The notes under the pieces are model-generated. The model searched no databases. It was not told the DNA's origin and saw nothing but the letters and a program-made list of their open reading frames with translations. The position numbers and the translations under genes were made by a program. From contig OY759599.1 of assembly GCA_963662465.1 (NCBI GenBank), positions 1,472,001-1,536,000 of the forward strand: 64,000 nt of DNA, read 5' to 3'. This document shows, in pieces, positions 58,699 through 64,000 of the stretch (the stretch's first letter is position 1; each line of letters opens with the position of its first letter). The stretch comes from Desulfatiglandales bacterium (lineage in GTDB: Bacteria; Desulfobacterota; DSM-4660; Desulfatiglandales; Desulfatiglandaceae).

Positions 58699-60396
58699 TC
58701 AGGAGAAAAGGCGCAACACCGATTGAGCTGCCTGGGATGCCATGGTTAGAGATGTCATCCCGAGGGACTGCTGAGTCTGGAGCATGAGGGCGTTTGCTCC
58801 TTCTTCGTTTAGGTCGGCGTTGGTGAGGTTGCTGGCGCCCGTTTCAAGGACGTTGACCATTGAATCAGTGAAAGATGATCGGGTAGTGATGATGCTTAGA
58901 TTGGTTGATAGTTTTGATTGAAGGGTTCGGAGTCGTTCTTTTGCTGCTTGAAGTTCGTCGAGTGAGGATTGGATGTTTGAGGGGGAGTTCCATGAGGAGC
59001 CAGCACTGGGAGGAGGAAGGAGAACGGCCTGATTTGTTTCTCCATCATTAATCCAAGATGAAATGTCCCCCATTTGGAAGTCTTGCTAAAGACGGAGCTT
59101 TGCTAGAACTTGTTTCCGCCAATTCGAGTTCACTAGCAATAGGGTTTCCTTCAGAATCAAATTCCTGTGCGTAAATACCATATTCGCCTGTGTGATTCGA
59201 TGACCATGCTATTACAAAGCTGCCATCGGATAAATTAATAACACTTGGAGAGCTTTGGTAGCTTTGAAAGCCATCTCCTGAACCAACAATGAATTCGCTT
59301 CCTTTGGGATTCAATTCACTGTCAAAAAGTTGTCCACAAATGTCACTATTTGACTGCCATACTGCTATAAAATTATTGTCAGATATTGTCGCAAAGGAAG
59401 GAACGGTTTGAGTTCCATCAGTGTTCGTATTGACAGTAAATTCAAGTCCGACTTTATCTGCGTTGGCATCGTATCTTTGAGCAATGATATTTGAACCAAT
59501 TTGGGAATTTGAAGTCCAAGATGCTATAAAGCCACCATCAGGCATGGGAGAAATTGTATTTATAGAGGCGGGAGAAATGCCGCTACTGTTTATTTGAAAT
59601 TCTTCCCCAATGGGATTTCCATTTAGATCAAATTTTTGACCTTTTAATTCATGAGGAGCAAGGTCAGTGTCATAGATTATGACAAATCCATCATCAGAAA
59701 GCCCAAGCACTGAAGGTCTAAGCTGTTCATTTACTGTAGGATTGTTAGCTATGAAAGCATCTCCAACCTTATTGCTATCGCTATCATATCTTTGACAAAA
59801 TATGTCCCATCGATCATCTTCCGATGTAAATTCAACCCAAGTAACGACGAACCCACCATTAGATAGACCAGAAACTGCAACATTACCGGTTATAGTATGG
59901 TCGCTTGATCTAACTTCAAATTGACCGCCTACAGGATTTCCCTCCGTATTGTATTGTTGGCCAAGAACATAATCTGGCTGGTCAGAATAGTATTCGGGGT
60001 CATGGGCTCCCCAAATAGTAACATAATTGCCATTAGCTAGATTCGCTGTTCGCGGGTTCATACTTGACTCTATGTTTTCCAAATTGGTGTTAACCTGGGA
60101 TATAATTGGATTTCGATCAAGTGATTCAGAAGACTTAACCTCACTCAACCCCAAGCCCCGTAGCACTGGAACATTCCCCCTCTACGGTTAAACCTGGATT
60201 CACCAGCCGCATCAAAGTCTCTGGCTCGGTTGGTATGTTCTAGGGCAGTAAAAAAACTGACAGGATTATCCAGAGCTGAGTTGATCTTTTTTCCGGTGTT
60301 CAGGCGCGTAGCATTTACGGACAGGAGTTTAGAGGTCCTTTGAATCGCAAAAAGATTTTGTCGCATTCCGGATGTGAGGGCTATGGCGGCGTTCAT
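58699..60396 (-). pseudogene. Frameshifted flagellin-like gene with central repeat domain
   Basis: N-part RLNTGKKINSALDNP; C-part ADLNEEGANALMLQTQQSL...QSVLRLF; three ORFs in different frames. Confidence 0.85.
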
Positions 60397-60869
60397 GGGA
60401 TTTTCAGTTCATAGTTCCGAATGATGTCTTGAGATTCAGCTTTAAACTGCGTTTTCAGGGAAACAACCCAAACTTCAAATCAGTCTATTTCTGTTCAGCA
60501 GGGCATAAAGCGTATTAAAAAAAACCTTCGTTATTTTTTCGAAATCCATGATGACGATATGCTGTTCCAAAAATAGTAGTAGTGATAGCCCGTATTCAGA
60601 TGTGGGAAGATTGATTATTGAGTGAAAGAGGCAAATGTGGCATATAAATGTCAGATATAATGAACATTTTTATAACCGAAAAATAGAAGTATCGCAGCAT
60701 AGTTTTATCACTAAAGAAAATTCGTGATTTGCCGATAGTAATAACGAACGTTATTTTCTACATATATTTTTTTAATTTTACAAAAAACGGCGTGACCTTC
60801 ATGTTCAAATATTTGAGAATAAAGCAAATTTTGCAAATTTTTGTATGGTATATGAAGGGAGTGTCAACC

Positions 60870-61109
60870 ATGAAAAAGACAGTAGCCTATTTAAGGGTAA
60901 GCGCAGATAGCCAGGATTTGAATAACCAGAGATACGAAATACTTGATTATGCGAATCGAAACGGTTTTAGTGTTGACCATTGGATCGGTATTAAGATTTC
61001 ATCCCGTAAATCAACCAAGGAACGGCTGATTGACCAACTTCTTCAAAACCTCCAAGATGGTGACTGTTTAATAGTAGCGGAATTGTCACGGCTTGGACTT
61101 CAACGCTAA
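60870..61109 (+). pseudogene. Truncated serine recombinase (resolvase)
   Basis: AYLRVS...Q, GDCLIVAELSRLG then immediate stop at an IS-like end. Confidence 0.88.
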
Positions 61110-61347
61110 TCAAAACTGAACCAAGTTTGCTAATGGAAATTGAACCATTGGCTGTCACCGCCAGTGAGTACGGCCCTCAGGTATAGCGGACGATGAGGGA
61201 TCCATAAGTGGCGGCAAAGGAGTCGTTGATGTAGATTTACTTTTCAATAAATTTTTATAAAATCTATTTTCTTTGGATTTGGTTTTCTTCTTCCAAGACA
61301 GAGGCTTGGTTAAGTGGAAATGCGATTTACTTTGTAGAATGGATGGT

Positions 61348-61383
61348 GAAGGCCCGAAGTAGCCGCTTCGGGCCTTCTTTTTT
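61348..61383 (+). terminator. Rho-independent terminator
   Basis: GAAGGCCCGAAG / CTTCGGGCCTTC + T6. Confidence 0.85.
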
Positions 61384-61471
61384 GACCACCGGATAGAGCC
61401 GGAAGCCACACACACGCCAATTTTATATAAGTGTGTTTCCGGCCAATTGCAAGGCCGGAATGATGGGAGAT

Positions 61472-63392
61472 CAGGGTGAATTTATTCTTCCGAATTATCC
61501 AAATAAAATATAAAAGTTGCGCTACATTATGGACAGAAACCCTCGGATGGTGTATATACTGTGACAGGCACCAAACCAATTCGGGGTTTAAATTCTTGAA
61601 CGTTAAGCAAGTCCGCATTCAAATAGTCCGCCCGCTTGAAGAACAACGCTTTCAGCATCTGATGCAGTCGCATCATTATTTGGGCGCTCTTCCCAAGATC
61701 AGCGAAACCCTCTGGTATACAGCTAGACTAAATAGTGAGTGGATTGCGCTTGTCAGTTTTTCTGCTCCCGCTTTGAAATGTACACCAAGGGACAGCTGGA
61801 TCGGATGGAATTTTCGCCATCAATACGATCGACTGAAACTGGTAACCAATAACAGTCGTTTTCTAATTTTGCCCGAATGGCATATTCCGAATCTCGCATC
61901 CCGTATCCTTTCATTATGTCGGAAGCGAATGCAGGCTGATTGGCAGGAGCGTTTCGGGCATCCGGTTGTACTCCTGGAAACCTTTGTGGACCCAAAGCAA
62001 TTCCACGGAACCGTATATCGAGCGTCTAATTGGATATATGTTGGTAAAACAAAGGGTTTTCATCGAACTCGCCAAGGCTACAGCGATAAAGCGGATTCAC
62101 CGAAAATGGTTTTTCTTAAACCATTGGTTTCCAATGTTCAAGCACTGTTATCCCGACCTGTTCTCAAAAAACCATATCTTACAGGAGGTTACAAAATCAT
62201 GCTCAGTGCGGAACATATGAAATCTCTACCCGACTTTTTTGCTCAAATTCCCGACCCGCGTCGATCCCAGGGACGACGTCACAGGCTCTCCACTGTTCTG
62301 GCCATTGCCACCGCCGCAACACTGTGCGGAATGCGCGGTTATCTGGCGATATCCGATTGGGTAAATGGTCTTGGACAAAAAGCCCTTGAGCGTTTCCGTT
62401 GCCGATATGAAAATAAGCGCTATGTAGCTCCCAGTCAGTCTACTATCCGTGATGTTCTGGTTCGCGTTGACCCCACAGAACTCGACAAAGCTCTCCAGCG
62501 TTGGAATCTGCTTTACGGTGAACAGGACGAAAGCTTGGCCATCGATGGAAAAACCATGTGTAATGCCATCGATGAACAAGGTTATCAGACTCACATCATG
62601 AGTGCTGTCGGCCATCAAACTAAGACCTGTTACACCCAAAAAAAGTCGGTTCTCTCCCTGTAGAAGGCAAAGACGAACTCAAGCGAACCAATGAAATCAA
62701 AACGGCTGCCCCTTTACTGGACGCGATCGATATCGAAGGCAAAGTCATTTCAGCTGACGCACTGCTAACCCAAAGGACTTTTGCTAAATATTTGGTCGAG
62801 CAACGCAACGCCCATTACCATTTCATCGCCAAAAACAACCAGCCCACATTACTTCAAGACATTTCCCTGTATTTTGAGGGCTGCAACGATCCTGATTTCA
62901 TACAACACGATGCTCCCGATCATGGTCGCATCGAAGTGCGCAAAATATGGACGACTACCGAACTTAACCTATACCTGGATTTCCCGTATGTCGGCCAGGC
63001 TTTTATGATCCAGAGAGAAGTTACAAACAAGAAAACCGGTAAATGCACAGTTGAGGTTGCTTACGGCATAACGAGTCAATCACCTGATCAGGCGAATCCC
63101 GAACGTGTACTTTCTATCAATCGCGGTCACTGGAGCATTGAAAACGAGTGCCATTACATCATCGACTGGAACTACGACGAAGATCGAAGCCGAATAAGAA
63201 CCGGCAATGGTCCTGAAAACATGACCAGGCTGCGTAGATTCGCGGTGGGCGTCATTAAGGCGAAAGGCGTTCGCAGTGTAGCCCAGAAAATGCGCCAGCT
63301 CACGCAGAACGTAAGGGGTGTCTTCGACTATCTCAAGATGACCAAAAATTCAGTGCCCCAAGCGTGATACCTGTTAGAACAAATTTACCGTG
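61472..63392 (+). mobile_element. ISAs1-family element, 1921 bp
   Basis: 17-bp imperfect TIR (CAGGGTGAATTTATTCT vs CACGGTAAATTTGTTCT) and perfect 10-bp duplication GATGGGAGAT. Confidence 0.93.
61476..63367 (+). CDS. DUF4338-like domain fused to ISAs1 transposase, -1 frameshift at 62639-62645
   Basis: HHYLG, NNSRFLILP, LLETFVD; DPRRSQGRRH, AIDGKT; -1 frame NEIK, ADALLTQ, HGRIE, HWSIEN; start uncertain. Confidence 0.88.
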
Positions 63393-63393
63393 G

Positions 63394-63807
63394 ATGGGAG
63401 ATGTCCTTTTAAGAGTGGTTCAATGCCGATGTTGTGGTTGCTTTTTTCACGTCTGTCGGTCGTGTTGGCGTGGCCAGGCCTATTGTGGGGAACGATGTCG
63501 CAGGATACGCCAAAGACAGCTGCACCGGAAAGCTCAGGGGAAATACCGCAATTCGAAAAAAGGGAAAGAGCGCCGTCGTTTGTACGAAAAAACAAAAAAA
63601 TCCAAAAAAAATGGACTGAACCCTGGTGATGATAGTTCAACACCTCAAAAAGACTGTGATATTGAACCCAAAAAGCGGTCGGGGAACCGACCCAGCTGTC
63701 TTTTTTGCGGGTCGATCGGGGTTGTTGTGGACCATTTTCCTCGCCGTGCTTATGCAGGGAGGGTTTTTTCAGATGTAACAGGCTTTGAGAAAACCCCATA
63801 TCCATGA
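63394..63807 (+). CDS. Cys-rich basic hypothetical protein
   Basis: CRCC..CRSC..YCGERC, CLFC; ATG lies in the target duplication. Confidence 0.65.
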   Translation: MGDVLLRVVQCRCCGCFFHVCRSCWRGQAYCGERCRRIRQRQLHRKAQGKYRNSKKGKERRRLYEKTKKSKKNGLNPGDDSSTPQKDCDIEPKKRSGNRPSCLFCGSIGVVVDHFPRRAYAGRVFSDVTGFEKTPYP

Positions 63808-63819
63808 CAGGAGAAAAAA

Positions 63820-64000
63820 ATGATCAAAAAAAGAGTCCTTTTTCCCGAAAGAGTGCGTGTCATCAATGGAAGCTTCGGCTTTCTGGAGCATCGTTTTTTG
63901 AGAAACGGCTTTTGGGAGAGCCTGAATCATCATGAGCTGCTGCTCTACATTTTTCTGGTGTTGGTATCTGACAAAAACGGGCTCTCTTATTATGGTTACG
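63820..64000 (+). CDS. Hypothetical (possible HTH) protein, 3' truncated by window edge
   Basis: RBS AGGAG; MIKKRVLFPERVRVINGSFGFLEHRFL...LLYIFLVLVSDKNGLSYYG. Confidence 0.65.
   Translation, partial: MIKKRVLFPERVRVINGSFGFLEHRFLRNGFWESLNHHELLLYIFLVLVSDKNGLSYYGY

Larger units (their letters stand above)
61100..64000 (+). mobile_element. Probable left part of an IS21-like element (continues beyond window)
   Basis: End TTCAACGCTAATC with repeated AAAACTGAACCA / GAAATTGAACCA; truncates the resolvase; canonical terminal TG and istAB are not visible. Confidence 0.5.

Noticed and set aside
1..64000. tRNA or rRNA genes
   Set aside because: None recognised by eye; a covariance-model scan was not possible.

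Overview
Chromosomal window, probably from an anaerobic deltaproteobacterium (Desulfobacterota-like; inferred from gene content only). Housekeeping genes (gltX 3' end, engB, hisG, hisI, hemL, an aminotransferase, an acyl-CoA ligase) are interleaved with many signalling genes (a 1800-aa Ser/Thr kinase-ATPase-His kinase, two class III cyclases, an HD-GYP regulator, three hybrid kinases, a DacZ-like diadenylate cyclase), toxin-antitoxin modules and, from about 52.9 kb, an AT-richer zone of nested insertion sequences and pseudogenes. The strongest candidate for an undescribed system is at 482-11046. A GxxExxY nuclease-family gene sits inside a 515-bp element with ~41-bp imperfect inverted ends. 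It is preceded by 12 tandem ~202-bp copies of the same element lacking the gene body, and there is a further empty copy 7.4 kb away. The 7.4-kb kinase/cyclase block and a 43-bp insert both appear to enter the inter-unit linker at the same TCAT^GATG position. Also notable: an IS91-like element with precisely mappable ends and apparently reversed ori/ter polarity, a kinase gene inserted in a moxR operon between 24-bp direct repeats, a possible c-di-AMP/K+ cluster, and a decayed flagellin with a repeat-domain insert. All family calls are from motif recognition by eye; no searches were run.
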